Shown: piece by piece, positions 36,826 through 46,142 of the stretch
Layout of the letters: each line of letters starts with the position of its first letter
Position numbering within the stretch: the first letter of the stretch is position 1
Source: an uncultured Thermoplasmatales archaeon
GTDB lineage: Archaea; Thermoplasmatota; E2; DHVEG-1
Assembly: GCA_964597365.1 (NCBI GenBank)
Contig: CAZQXW010000003.1
Span: 15,139 to 79,138 of the forward strand
DNA: 64,000 nucleotides
Direction of reading: 5' to 3'
The notes under the pieces: generated by a model
The model's database searches: none
Seen by the model: the letters and a program-made list of their open reading frames with translations, nothing else
Told to the model about the DNA's origin: nothing
Made by a program: the position numbers and the translations under genes

Positions 36826-38817
36826 ATGAATAATAGAAAACGTGTTATGATCACAATTGTCCTTGTTATAGCATTAGTTTCGATACTTTTTCTAACTGAA
36901 CAAAGAACTCAAAAAGTAGAGGAAATAGAACACAATGACCTAAGCATTCAGGAGCTAATAGACTATGCATCACCCGGAGATACAATACAGATTAATAATG
37001 GAGTGCACTATGAAAATATTGCCATTGATAAACCGATAAAAATTATTGGTGAAGACAAAAAAAATACAATAATTGATGGGAAAAACACAGAAACAGTCAT
37101 TGTTATACAAAGTGACAATGTAGAATTAAGTAATCTCACAATAAGAAACTCAGGAGGATATAAAGACGATTCAGGGATAAGAATAGAATCGAATTATAAT
37201 CAAATATACAACTGTGAAATATACAGGACAAAGACTGGGTTAAATGTAATAAGTTCTAAGGCAAATACAATAGATAAATGTTTATTCCACACAAATGCGG
37301 AAGGCATATTTTCATCAAATTCAGAAGGAAATACAATTAAAAACTGTCATTTTACACATAATTCTTTTGCTATAAATATGAAAGATTCAAAATCAGAGAT
37401 AGTTGAGGATTCATACATTTATACAAATGGAATAGGAATATATGCAAGAAACTGCAGGGATATAAGAATAATTGAGTCGGCAATATGTGACAATAATCAG
37501 GATGGGGGAGGAATATGGTGTTTTGATTGCGAGAATTTGAACGTCAACAATTGCAATATAAATCATAATGGTCTAGCAATAAAGCTTAAAAGTTCTGATT
37601 CAAAAATATCAAACTCCACTCTTGATTACAACATGTATAATACCATAAAACTGGAAAACGTTGAAAAAACTTTTATTGAAAAATGTAACATACAAAATAG
37701 CTACCGTACAGCAATATTCATATCAAATAGCAAATGTGACATATATAACAACAATATTTTGAACAGCGGGCTTAACGCATTGGATGTAGATAAAGAGTCT
37801 TTTATTAAAGCAAATAACAATTATTGGGAATCTAAATACGGGACATCTTATTTTGCCTTTGGGCCTGGAGAGAAAATTACATTTAGACCCTTTAGGGTAA
37901 AAATTTTACCTTACAAAAAAAGCCCAATAGAAGATATTGGATGTAATTGGGATGTAGAGAGACGTTTTTCAAAACTAAAAATCGAAAGAGACTTTGTTAA
38001 AAATATAACATTCCTGCAAAAAGATTCCGATACTGACGGTGCACCTGATTTTTGGGAAGAAAAATGGGGATATGATCCTTTTAACGCTGAGAACCATAAT
38101 TATTTAGACCCAGATGAGGACGGTTTAACCAATATAGAAGAGTGTTATACAGATGAATATGGTTCAAATCCTTTTTACAAAGATGTGTTTATTGAGGTTG
38201 ATTACTCTGAGGGAAATAAACCTTCAGATGAGTTTATAGATAATGCAAAAGAAATTTTCAAAGAACACAAAATAACTCTTCATATAGACATAGGGAATTT
38301 AGACGGCGGAGAAGAAATACCTATAAAAAACGTTGAATCCTGTGAAGAATTTAGAGACATTTATTGGGATTATTTTTTACATAATGATATGGATAATCCC
38401 AGAAAAGGGATATTTCATTATGCAATAGTAGCTGATACAATAGATGAAATATGGGCAGGTTTTGTTTTTGTTGGTTGGGATCAACTAGACACAATTGGTC
38501 TTGCAATCCAACCGATAGAAAAAAAGCGTATTTTAAAGGATAAAAGCCAGCTCATAATAGGCGGGATTACCCATGAATTGGGGCATTTAATGGGCCTCAT
38601 AATAGATGATCATGATGGTATCGATAATATAGGAGCTAGTACGCCTTTAACATTTGAATGGTTAAAATATAAAGATTACAAAAGTTGTCTAAACTACAGA
38701 TACGTCTATGATCTTATAGGTTATTCTGATGGAAGCCACGGCAAAGATGATTTTAATGATTGGGGAAATCTTGATTTTGGTTTTTTTAAAGATACCGATT
38801 TCAATCAAAAAGAGTGA
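36826..38817 (+). CDS. Secreted right-handed beta-helix (NosD/pectate-lyase-like repeats) protein with C-terminal HExxH zinc-metallopeptidase-like domain and calcium-binding Asp-rich motifs
   Basis: N-terminal TM/signal ITIVLVIALVSILFL. Parallel beta-helix repeats over aa 40-330 (NNGVHYENIAIDKPIKIIG..., many N/I/G-rich approximately 22-residue repeats). DTDGAPDFWEEKWGYDPFNAENHNYLDPDEDGLTNIEE is thrombospondin-type-3/dockerin-like. Zinc motif IGGITHELGHLMGLIIDDHDG. Confidence 0.75.
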   Translation: MNNRKRVMITIVLVIALVSILFLTEQRTQKVEEIEHNDLSIQELIDYASPGDTIQINNGVHYENIAIDKPIKIIGEDKKNTIIDGKNTETVIVIQSDNVELSNLTIRNSGGYKDDSGIRIESNYNQIYNCEIYRTKTGLNVISSKANTIDKCLFHTNAEGIFSSNSEGNTIKNCHFTHNSFAINMKDSKSEIVEDSYIYTNGIGIYARNCRDIRIIESAICDNNQDGGGIWCFDCENLNVNNCNINHNGLAIKLKSSDSKISNSTLDYNMYNTIKLENVEKTFIEKCNIQNSYRTAIFISNSKCDIYNNNILNSGLNALDVDKESFIKANNNYWESKYGTSYFAFGPGEKITFRPFRVKILPYKKSPIEDIGCNWDVERRFSKLKIERDFVKNITFLQKDSDTDGAPDFWEEKWGYDPFNAENHNYLDPDEDGLTNIEECYTDEYGSNPFYKDVFIEVDYSEGNKPSDEFIDNAKEIFKEHKITLHIDIGNLDGGEEIPIKNVESCEEFRDIYWDYFLHNDMDNPRKGIFHYAIVADTIDEIWAGFVFVGWDQLDTIGLAIQPIEKKRILKDKSQLIIGGITHELGHLMGLIIDDHDGIDNIGASTPLTFEWLKYKDYKSCLNYRYVYDLIGYSDGSHGKDDFNDWGNLDFGFFKDTDFNQKE

Positions 38818-38819
38818 AA

Positions 38820-39575
38820 TTATAGGCTAGATAAAACCTTATTTTCTAATTTAGATAACTCATTCAAATAACTAGGTTTATATCCAAAGTCAAAATCATA
38901 AGTTATGTCTTTTAAAATAAGAGGATCCGCAGGTGCTACATTAAAATCAAAGTTTTTATCCGGATTGGAAAGTGCCTCTGCTACTTCTTCTTTATCTATT
39001 TTACAAGCACCTACTTTTTGAACGGCAGAAATTATTCTTCTTATTTGATTCCATAAAAAATTAGGCGCATAAAAATCGATAATTAAAAAATCATCTAATT
39101 CAGAAATAACTATATTGTCTATTTTTCTAACAGGGTTTTTAAATTTTTCTAATCTAGCAAAATTGCTAAAATCATGAATTCCGGTAAATAATGAAAGCGT
39201 CTTTGTTACTCTATCCAAATCAAGATTAGTGTGGCGTAGATAGTATCTATAAATTCTTGATTTAGCATACCGCGGGTTGAAACCATCATGTACTTCAGTC
39301 GACGCGTAAAACGCTATTTCATCTGACTCTAAAATCAAATCATCAAGTATTTTTTTACTTGTAAAGGAAGTGTTGAAAGCTACTAAATTACAGAGTGCGG
39401 AAACCTTTTTATCCGTTCTACTTGCTGAAAGAAATCTTGATTCTTTTGTATCTTCTATAAAACCGTGTTTTATCAACGTTTTAATTACTTCTCCTTCAAC
39501 TGTTCTTAGGTTGGGCTGTCTTGCATATCCGTAAAAACTTTGTCCATCATATGCAAATTTTACGGCTATTCTCAT
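38820..39575 (-). CDS. truA: tRNA pseudouridine synthase A (TruA/Pus1 family)
   Basis: MRIAVKFAYDGQSFYGYARQP...SASRTDKKVSA gives the TruA catalytic Asp motif. 251 aa. Confidence 0.9.
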   Translation of the reverse strand: MRIAVKFAYDGQSFYGYARQPNLRTVEGEVIKTLIKHGFIEDTKESRFLSASRTDKKVSALCNLVAFNTSFTSKKILDDLILESDEIAFYASTEVHDGFNPRYAKSRIYRYYLRHTNLDLDRVTKTLSLFTGIHDFSNFARLEKFKNPVRKIDNIVISELDDFLIIDFYAPNFLWNQIRRIISAVQKVGACKIDKEEVAEALSNPDKNFDFNVAPADPLILKDITYDFDFGYKPSYLNELSKLENKVLSSL

Positions 39576-39587
39576 AATAACACTTTT

Positions 39588-40901
39588 TTATAAAAAAACG
39601 TCGCTACGGGTACGATCGGTCATTTCGCCTGAAATATTTGTTTTCATAATATCTTCAACTTCATCTCTTTTTGTGCTATGACCAAGCGCCCACATGAGTT
39701 TTACATAAGCTGTTTCAGGAAGCATATCTTCACAAGGAATTATGCCTGTCTTTAATAAATCTCGACCGGTGGAATAAACTTTCATATTTACACGGCCAAA
39801 GAGACATTGTGAGGTCATTGCAAAAATTGTTCCTTTGGCTCTTAGCTCCTTTATTCTTGGAATGATTTTTTTTGGTACATGGCCAAGACCCGTTCCGATA
39901 AGTAATACTCCTTTCTTTTCAGGGATGTCTTCAGGCTTTAACCCAGGATAAGAATATATCATTGCAACATCTGTTTCTATTTTATCATCAACTGTTACTT
40001 TTTTCTTGGTTTTTTTCTGGTATTCTTTGTTAAATTTTATATCTGTTTTGTCAACAGCCCCTATTGGAATATCATTTACTGATTTGAATGCGTCTCGTCT
40101 GCTTGTATGAAACTTGCGAATTTTTGTACCCCTATGAATCGAGCTAGTCGTATCGGATATTTCTTCATGCATTACTGCTACTACTTCTCCAAGATCTGTT
40201 TTAGAGGCAACAGTTGCCGCTGCAATAAGGTTTTGTGCTGCATCTGAGCTTGGTCTATCACTGCTTCTTTGAGCGCCTACCAAAACCACAGGACCAGACA
40301 AGTTTTTTAACATAAAAGAAAGAGCAGCACCAGTATACCCCATTGTATCTGTTCCATGTGGAATGATTACTCCAACGGATCCTGAGTTTAGCTCTTTTGC
40401 AACTTCTTTTGCAAGTTCTTTCCAATGAGAAACTTCTATGTTTTCGCTAAGAATTTGAAAAGCAACCTGGGTTTTAAAATTACATATATCAAAAGCTTCA
40501 GGTACAGAAAACGCAAGGTCTTTTGCAGAGCTTGCAGGATGAACTGCACCTGTTCTATAATCTACATAACAAGCAATAGTTCCACCTGTTCCTATGACTG
40601 ATACCGTCGGCTTAGACTTGTCAAAAGGTATTTCTTTTGGTTTTTTAACAACTGTTTCATGTTTTTTAACCAATTTTATTTTTGCATCTTTATCGAGTGA
40701 AATCCCAATATTATAGCCATTATCAAGCTTTATATTGATTACATCAGCGTCACTGAACTGATGATGAGGCATGAGAACTCCTTGCTTTTTTGTATATTTT
40801 GTTTCAATTAGAATTCTGTCTCCTGTTTCAGCACCGATTTTATCTAATTTTTCTTTTATGAACTTTTTTCGAGTCATAGGATTATCAAAGCTATAATACA
40901 T
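39588..40901 (-). CDS. gatD: Glutamyl-tRNA(Gln) amidotransferase subunit D
   Basis: 437 aa. L-asparaginase-like domain (VIGTGGTIACYVDYRTGAV..., HGTDTMGYTGAALSF) with the archaea-specific N-terminal extension. Confidence 0.9.
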   Translation of the reverse strand: MYYSFDNPMTRKKFIKEKLDKIGAETGDRILIETKYTKKQGVLMPHHQFSDADVINIKLDNGYNIGISLDKDAKIKLVKKHETVVKKPKEIPFDKSKPTVSVIGTGGTIACYVDYRTGAVHPASSAKDLAFSVPEAFDICNFKTQVAFQILSENIEVSHWKELAKEVAKELNSGSVGVIIPHGTDTMGYTGAALSFMLKNLSGPVVLVGAQRSSDRPSSDAAQNLIAAATVASKTDLGEVVAVMHEEISDTTSSIHRGTKIRKFHTSRRDAFKSVNDIPIGAVDKTDIKFNKEYQKKTKKKVTVDDKIETDVAMIYSYPGLKPEDIPEKKGVLLIGTGLGHVPKKIIPRIKELRAKGTIFAMTSQCLFGRVNMKVYSTGRDLLKTGIIPCEDMLPETAYVKLMWALGHSTKRDEVEDIMKTNISGEMTDRTRSDVFL

Positions 40902-40957
40902 AACATATTCTTAAAAGATAGGCTTAAAAAGATAAATAAAAAAAGAAAGATGTTTGT

Positions 40958-41338
40958 TTATTTTTGAGCTTGTTTTTCGGCTATGTCGCCTATGACGGGT
41001 AATTTGAATTTTTCTCCTTGGTACGCTTTTATAACAAATATCAACCAAAGGATACCAATCATAGCATAAATGATCCACGATAACCATATAAGCGCTGGAA
41101 TACCTGGATCATAACTATAAGAATAATAACCCCAACTAAGTTTTGGAGCTCCAAGCCATCCAACTATTGGTGCAAGTATTGTCAACGGCAGAAACGTTAG
41201 AATAGATTGCCACGCATGAAACTTGACTGTTTTGTTTTCTTTTTCCATGACTAAAAATATTATTCCTGTAACCCAAGTAGCTATATAACATAGCATACTT
41301 GCCATATTTTCTTCTAAATTCATAGATGTTTTGGCCAT
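40958..41338 (-). CDS. Small membrane protein (DUF4870-like)
   Basis: 126 aa. MASMLCYIATWVTGIIFLVMEKENKTVKFHAWQSIL matches the DUF4870 signature. 3 TM. Confidence 0.55.
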   Translation of the reverse strand: MAKTSMNLEENMASMLCYIATWVTGIIFLVMEKENKTVKFHAWQSILTFLPLTILAPIVGWLGAPKLSWGYYSYSYDPGIPALIWLSWIIYAMIGILWLIFVIKAYQGEKFKLPVIGDIAEKQAQK

Positions 41339-41383
41339 AATCTTACCTCCCTTATCAGTGGCTTAATAAATACTCTCTATTTA

Positions 41384-42424
41384 TTAGTTTTGCAATATTT
41401 TAGGTGTGAGAAATAAAAAGTCATCTTTTTTTAATACTTTGATTTTTTCTTTGTCGTATTCGAATTCTTTTGGTTTTTTAACAATTTTTATTTTGTATGT
41501 CCGTTCATCCATTAGTTGAAGTTCTTTTTTTGTTTGACTTACAACTATCATCTCTTTTAGTAGTTCTTCTCCACCAAGAATATTTGCATTTTTGAGGCTT
41601 TTAATATCTGTTGTTATTTCCTCCCAGTTCGATAATTTGATTAGTTTTACTGTTTTTGCTTTAAGGCCTTTTACTTGATAATATTGACTGTCAAGTTTTA
41701 TAAAATCATCTTTTTTTACAGAAGGGACTCTTAGAAGATTTGTAACACGATATAATTGTTTCCCATCTTTCATTCCTATATTTTTTGAAGACTGTGTTAT
41801 GCTACCGCCATAATCTTGTTGTATCTTTTTAACAATACTTTGGGCAGCTGTTTTATCGCTTAAGTAAAAATCTATTCCGCCGTGTTCTTCTGCAAGATCG
41901 GTTACAAAAACAGTTCTGTTCCCTTTTGCTTGCATGTTTTGAACATATGTTTCTACAATTAGCGATATATTATCCATTTCTTCTTCTGTAAGGTCTCGTT
42001 TATCCGCTCTAATCTGAATTATTGCCTCATGATAGCCACCAAACCGCTTTGAACATACATCACAAACTGTTTTTTTAAGATGAACTAATAAATCATGCTC
42101 CTCTGTTATTTCTTGTTTTCCAACAAATCCTGAAATGTATACTTTGCATTCCATGTTTGTCTCTTTGTCATCACATACTGGGTTTATATCGATTTTTTTA
42201 AGCTCGGGGCTTATTTTAAACGTGCTTTTTATAATTCTTCTAAGAACATCTTTCAGTAATTCAGATGTCCAGAGGCTTTTGTATTTGTAAGAGCTGCAAT
42301 GTGAACATACTGGCAGGTCTATTTCATCTGGTCCTTCTGTAAACTTGTTTTCTTTTAAGAAGCACTCAAGGCATACTCCGTTTTTGTATATTTCTTTTTC
42401 TTCTCCACATTCAACGCAAAACAT
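41384..42424 (-). CDS. NMD3-family protein (archaeal homolog of 60S export adaptor)
   Basis: Four Cys-pair zinc-ribbon N-terminus (CVECGEE...CLEC...CSHCSSY...CDVCSKRF) and NMD3 central domain. 346 aa. Confidence 0.8.
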   Translation of the reverse strand: MFCVECGEEKEIYKNGVCLECFLKENKFTEGPDEIDLPVCSHCSSYKYKSLWTSELLKDVLRRIIKSTFKISPELKKIDINPVCDDKETNMECKVYISGFVGKQEITEEHDLLVHLKKTVCDVCSKRFGGYHEAIIQIRADKRDLTEEEMDNISLIVETYVQNMQAKGNRTVFVTDLAEEHGGIDFYLSDKTAAQSIVKKIQQDYGGSITQSSKNIGMKDGKQLYRVTNLLRVPSVKKDDFIKLDSQYYQVKGLKAKTVKLIKLSNWEEITTDIKSLKNANILGGEELLKEMIVVSQTKKELQLMDERTYKIKIVKKPKEFEYDKEKIKVLKKDDFLFLTPKILQN

Positions 42425-42484
42425 GACTTTTTTCTCGTAATACTGCGTATATTATAAGTATATAGGTTGTTTTTACATGTTTTT

Positions 42485-42979
42485 GTGTACAAGATTAGAA
42501 AAGCAGAAGAAAAAGATATCCCAAGCATAAAAGAAATTTACAACAAAGAGGTTAGAGGAGGGATTGCTACTTTTGATACCCAAGAAAAATCATTGGAAGA
42601 TATGAAAAAATGGTTTAGCTCTCATGACACTAAAAATCCGATCATTGTCGCCGAGCTTAATAGCAAAATAATCGGTTGGGCAAGTCTAAGCAAGTACGAC
42701 AGTAAAAAAGCATATTCAAACACTGCTGAAGCTTCACTTTATATCTCAGAAGATCATCAGGGCAAAGGCATAGGTAAAAAGATAATGAAACATCTTTTAG
42801 ACGAGGGCAAAAAAAGGGGTTTGCATACAGTTATTGCAAGGATTACAGACGGAAATGAAGTAAGTGTTACTCTTCATAAAAAATTTGGATTTGAATATGT
42901 GGGCATTTACAAAGAAGTGGGAAAGAAATTTGGAAAGTTTCTTGATGTACACCTGATGCAAAAAATATTCAAAAATTAA
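42485..42979 (+). CDS. GNAT-family N-acetyltransferase
   Basis: Acetyl-CoA binding motif HQGKGIGKKIMKHLL. There is no in-frame ATG; GTG at 42485 gives the typical start MYKIRKAEEKDIPSIKEIY. The ORF-track TTG at 42467 is possible but less likely. Confidence 0.8.
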   Translation: MYKIRKAEEKDIPSIKEIYNKEVRGGIATFDTQEKSLEDMKKWFSSHDTKNPIIVAELNSKIIGWASLSKYDSKKAYSNTAEASLYISEDHQGKGIGKKIMKHLLDEGKKRGLHTVIARITDGNEVSVTLHKKFGFEYVGIYKEVGKKFGKFLDVHLMQKIFKN

Positions 42980-43566
42980 TTTTTAATTGATTTGAAACCT
43001 AATTCAAATGCTTTTTTGTTAATTTCTTGAAATTTTTTAGGTACATTTTCAAGGATTGTGTCGATTAAAACTTCTTTTTTGAATGGCAGGACATCTGCAC
43101 CTGCAAGAGCTCCGAGCATTACAACGTTTTTTGTAATAATCGCACCGGCCTCTTTTGCAAGTTTTGTAGCATCAATTTTGTAGAGTTTTCCGTATGTTTC
43201 TAGCTCACCAAATACCTTTTCAAGCTTAGGATATTCCTCGTCGCCTGTTGAAACCGTGAAGGGTATTACCGGGGTGATATCAGTTATGATTTTTGTATCC
43301 TTATTTGTATATTGAGCATAGCGTAATGCTTCAGAGGGTTCCATGCTTAGAAATGCTTTTGCAGAACCATTTGGAACGAGAGGGCCTGATACATCACCTA
43401 GTCTTACGGTACAGTTTACACTACCGCCACGTTGTGCCATACCATGTACTTCTGAAACAAATACATTTACCCCTGCCTTAACTGCTGCTTTGCCAAGTAT
43501 GTTTGAGGCAGTGATTACTCCTTGGCCGCCTACTCCTGTGAGAACTATACTTATTTTCTCTTTCAT
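42976..43566 (-). CDS. iorB: Indolepyruvate:ferredoxin oxidoreductase subunit beta
   Basis: 196 aa gamma-type domain (ISIVLTGVGGQGVITASNILGKAA). Translationally coupled downstream of iorA. Confidence 0.9.
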   Translation of the reverse strand: MKEKISIVLTGVGGQGVITASNILGKAAVKAGVNVFVSEVHGMAQRGGSVNCTVRLGDVSGPLVPNGSAKAFLSMEPSEALRYAQYTNKDTKIITDITPVIPFTVSTGDEEYPKLEKVFGELETYGKLYKIDATKLAKEAGAIITKNVVMLGALAGADVLPFKKEVLIDTILENVPKKFQEINKKAFELGFKSIKN

Positions 43567-45450
43567 TTATTTCTCCTCCTTTACATGAATTGCACCAAAA
43601 GGACAAATCGTTGCACAGTTTCCACAACCATTACACTGCTGTTCATCAATTAAGATACTTCCATCTTCACCATAATAAATTGCTGGACAGCCGAATCTCC
43701 CTATACATGTTTTACATTTCTTGCATTTTTCTTGATCGATTGTATAAACCGGAATTGCTTCTCCATGTTTTCTTTTGTCTCTGTTTTCTAAAAGAATGCA
43801 GGGTGATTTGGAAACAACTACTGCAGGCCCCTTAAAGTCAAGTGCACGTTTGTATGCTTCAGTTGTTGCTTTTATGTCATTGGGGTCTGTTATTTCAATT
43901 AGTTCTGCACCACAGCCTTTACAAACATCTTCTACAAGAATCTTTTTTGCAGGTCTGCCCATTCCATCGAATTCGGTTCCAGGATGTGGTTGATGGCCTG
44001 TCATAGCAGTTGTTCTATTGTCAAGAACAGTGATTACCAAATCATGGTTGTGATGAACTGCGTTTACAAGGGGCGGTATTCCGCTATGGAAAAATGTTGA
44101 ATCTCCCATGAAACTGATTATTTTTTTATCGGTTGCCACTGCAAGACCACATGCCGTTCCTGCGTTACTGCCCATACAAAGAAGCAGGTCTGCCATTTCA
44201 AGTGGTTTTTCACGACCAAGTGTATAACAGCCGATATCTGTTGGATAAATCACACCTTTGGGTTGTGCTTTTTTTGCCGCATAATAAGTTGCTCTATGCG
44301 GACAACCTGGACAAAGGGCCGGTGGTCTGCTGGGAAGCTTTATATCTGATTTTTTTGGGTTTTTGTATGTTTTGTTTACTTTGAATATTTTACAAAATGC
44401 ATCTGAAACTATATCTGGATTGTATTCGAATAGCCTTGAGAAATGCCCTGTTGATTTGCCTAGTATTTTTACATCAACACCCAGATCATAAGCTAATGTT
44501 TTGAATTGATTTTCAAGAATTGGTTCAAGTTCTTCTACAATTACTATATTTTTACATGATTTCATGAACTTTTCACACATTTTTCGAGGAAGTGGGTTGC
44601 TCATTCCAAGTTTTAAAATTCTAACATCAAGATTTAGATCCTCAGCTACTTCTTTTACATAGTTATACGCAACGCCAGATGTAACAATACCCCAGTCTTT
44701 CGGTTTTCCTACTTCGATTATCTTGTTAAAAGGCGATTTTTCTGCAATTTGCTCTGCTTTAACTAGCATTTTTAAAAGCTCTGGATGACGTGCTCTTGCT
44801 ATCGCAGGAGTTGTCACCCACATTGGGCTTTTTTCAAAGTTACCTTTCTTTCTAGGTGCTTTAATTTTTTCTAAATCAATTGGGCCTCTTACATGGTTAA
44901 GTCTAGTTGTAGTTCTAAGAAGTATGGGTGACTTTAGTTCTTCAGATATTTCAAAACCAAGCCGAGTCATTTCTTTTGCTTCATTTGGTGTTGAAGGCTC
45001 AAACATTGGAGCTCCACTAAAAAGTGCATAGTATCTGTTATCTTGTTCATTTTGAGATGAATGACATGATGGGTCATCTGCAGAAATTATTACATGCCCC
45101 CCAACGCAACCAATATACATGTATGTCATGAATGTATCAGCTGCGACATTAAGGCCAACATGTTTCATGCAAGTAAGAGCGCGAAGTCCAGATATAGCTG
45201 CTGCTCCTGCTACTTCAAGTGCTACTTTTTCGTTTGTTGAGTATTCGAAATAATAGCTTGGCTCTTTTTTTTGTTTTGTAAAATGTTTTGCTATATGTGA
45301 AAAAGTATCTGCAATCTCTGAAGAAGGTGTCCCTGGATAAGTTGTTGCAACGTCAACTCCTGCCTCTATTGCACCTCTTGTAATTGCTTCGTTTCCAAGT
45401 AAAAGTATCTTTTTTTTAGGTTTGTCTTCTAATATTTCCATTTTTATCAT
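43567..45450 (-). CDS. iorA: Indolepyruvate:ferredoxin oxidoreductase subunit alpha
   Basis: 627 aa. TPP-binding region (GCPHRATYYA, DIGCYTLG, GDSTFFHSG) and C-terminal 2x[4Fe-4S] (CKKCKTCIGRFGCPAI, CNGCGNCATICPFGAI). Confidence 0.95.
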   Translation of the reverse strand: MIKMEILEDKPKKKILLLGNEAITRGAIEAGVDVATTYPGTPSSEIADTFSHIAKHFTKQKKEPSYYFEYSTNEKVALEVAGAAAISGLRALTCMKHVGLNVAADTFMTYMYIGCVGGHVIISADDPSCHSSQNEQDNRYYALFSGAPMFEPSTPNEAKEMTRLGFEISEELKSPILLRTTTRLNHVRGPIDLEKIKAPRKKGNFEKSPMWVTTPAIARARHPELLKMLVKAEQIAEKSPFNKIIEVGKPKDWGIVTSGVAYNYVKEVAEDLNLDVRILKLGMSNPLPRKMCEKFMKSCKNIVIVEELEPILENQFKTLAYDLGVDVKILGKSTGHFSRLFEYNPDIVSDAFCKIFKVNKTYKNPKKSDIKLPSRPPALCPGCPHRATYYAAKKAQPKGVIYPTDIGCYTLGREKPLEMADLLLCMGSNAGTACGLAVATDKKIISFMGDSTFFHSGIPPLVNAVHHNHDLVITVLDNRTTAMTGHQPHPGTEFDGMGRPAKKILVEDVCKGCGAELIEITDPNDIKATTEAYKRALDFKGPAVVVSKSPCILLENRDKRKHGEAIPVYTIDQEKCKKCKTCIGRFGCPAIYYGEDGSILIDEQQCNGCGNCATICPFGAIHVKEEK

Positions 45451-45656
45451 CCTTATTCATGTTCTTTTTAGAAATAGTATTTAGCTTTCCCCATTGAGGG
45501 TAAATAAGAAGTAAATATAAAATTAACTAATGAGGCATAGCAACCAATTAAACCATGTATATCGAGCTAAAATAAAAAGAGAAAGCTTTATAAATAAAAA
45601 CTTGGTTATTAGGAGAGAAAAAACAATACAGTAGTAAATACAGGGAGGAAAAATTT

Positions 45657-45953
45657 ATGGCAGAAAAAGAAGTAGATCCTAATGAGAACACAATATACGT
45701 CGGAAACAAACCACCAATGAGCTATGTACTTGCAGTAGTAACACAGTTCAACGGAGGCTCTGATGAAGTAGTAATAAAAGCACGTGGTAGAGCAATCAGC
45801 CGTGCAGTTGATACTGCAGAAATCGTCAGAAACAGGTTTGTTCAAGACGCAAAAGTAAAAGCCATCGAAATTGGAACAGAGAGTATCACAAACGAAGAAG
45901 GAAGAAACTCAAACGTATCTTCAATAGAGATATCTCTGACTACAAAGAAATAA
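45657..45953 (+). CDS. albA: Chromatin protein Alba (DNA/RNA-binding)
   Basis: 98 aa. [51 protein letters not shown] matches the Alba core. GGGAGG lies 7 nt upstream of the ATG. Confidence 0.9.
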   Translation: MAEKEVDPNENTIYVGNKPPMSYVLAVVTQFNGGSDEVVIKARGRAISRAVDTAEIVRNRFVQDAKVKAIEIGTESITNEEGRNSNVSSIEISLTTKK

Positions 45954-46142
45954 AGAGTTCGTTTAAAGACAAGAGTGGACAATTACTGTCAGCTCTGGTT
46001 TAGAGTATGGTAGTAATTTAAATTTTCTTTTATTTTTATATACTTATAATAATATTGCCAATTAAATTAATGTTTTTAGAATAATTAGATAAAGCAAAAT
46101 AATTTAAATCAAGTAATATATTCACCTTGCCTGTTGATAGGG

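Noticed and set aside
39588-40901. Expectation of gatE next to gatD
   Set aside because: No GatE-like ORF is present on either side. In many archaea the two genes are unlinked, so this is not treated as an anomaly.
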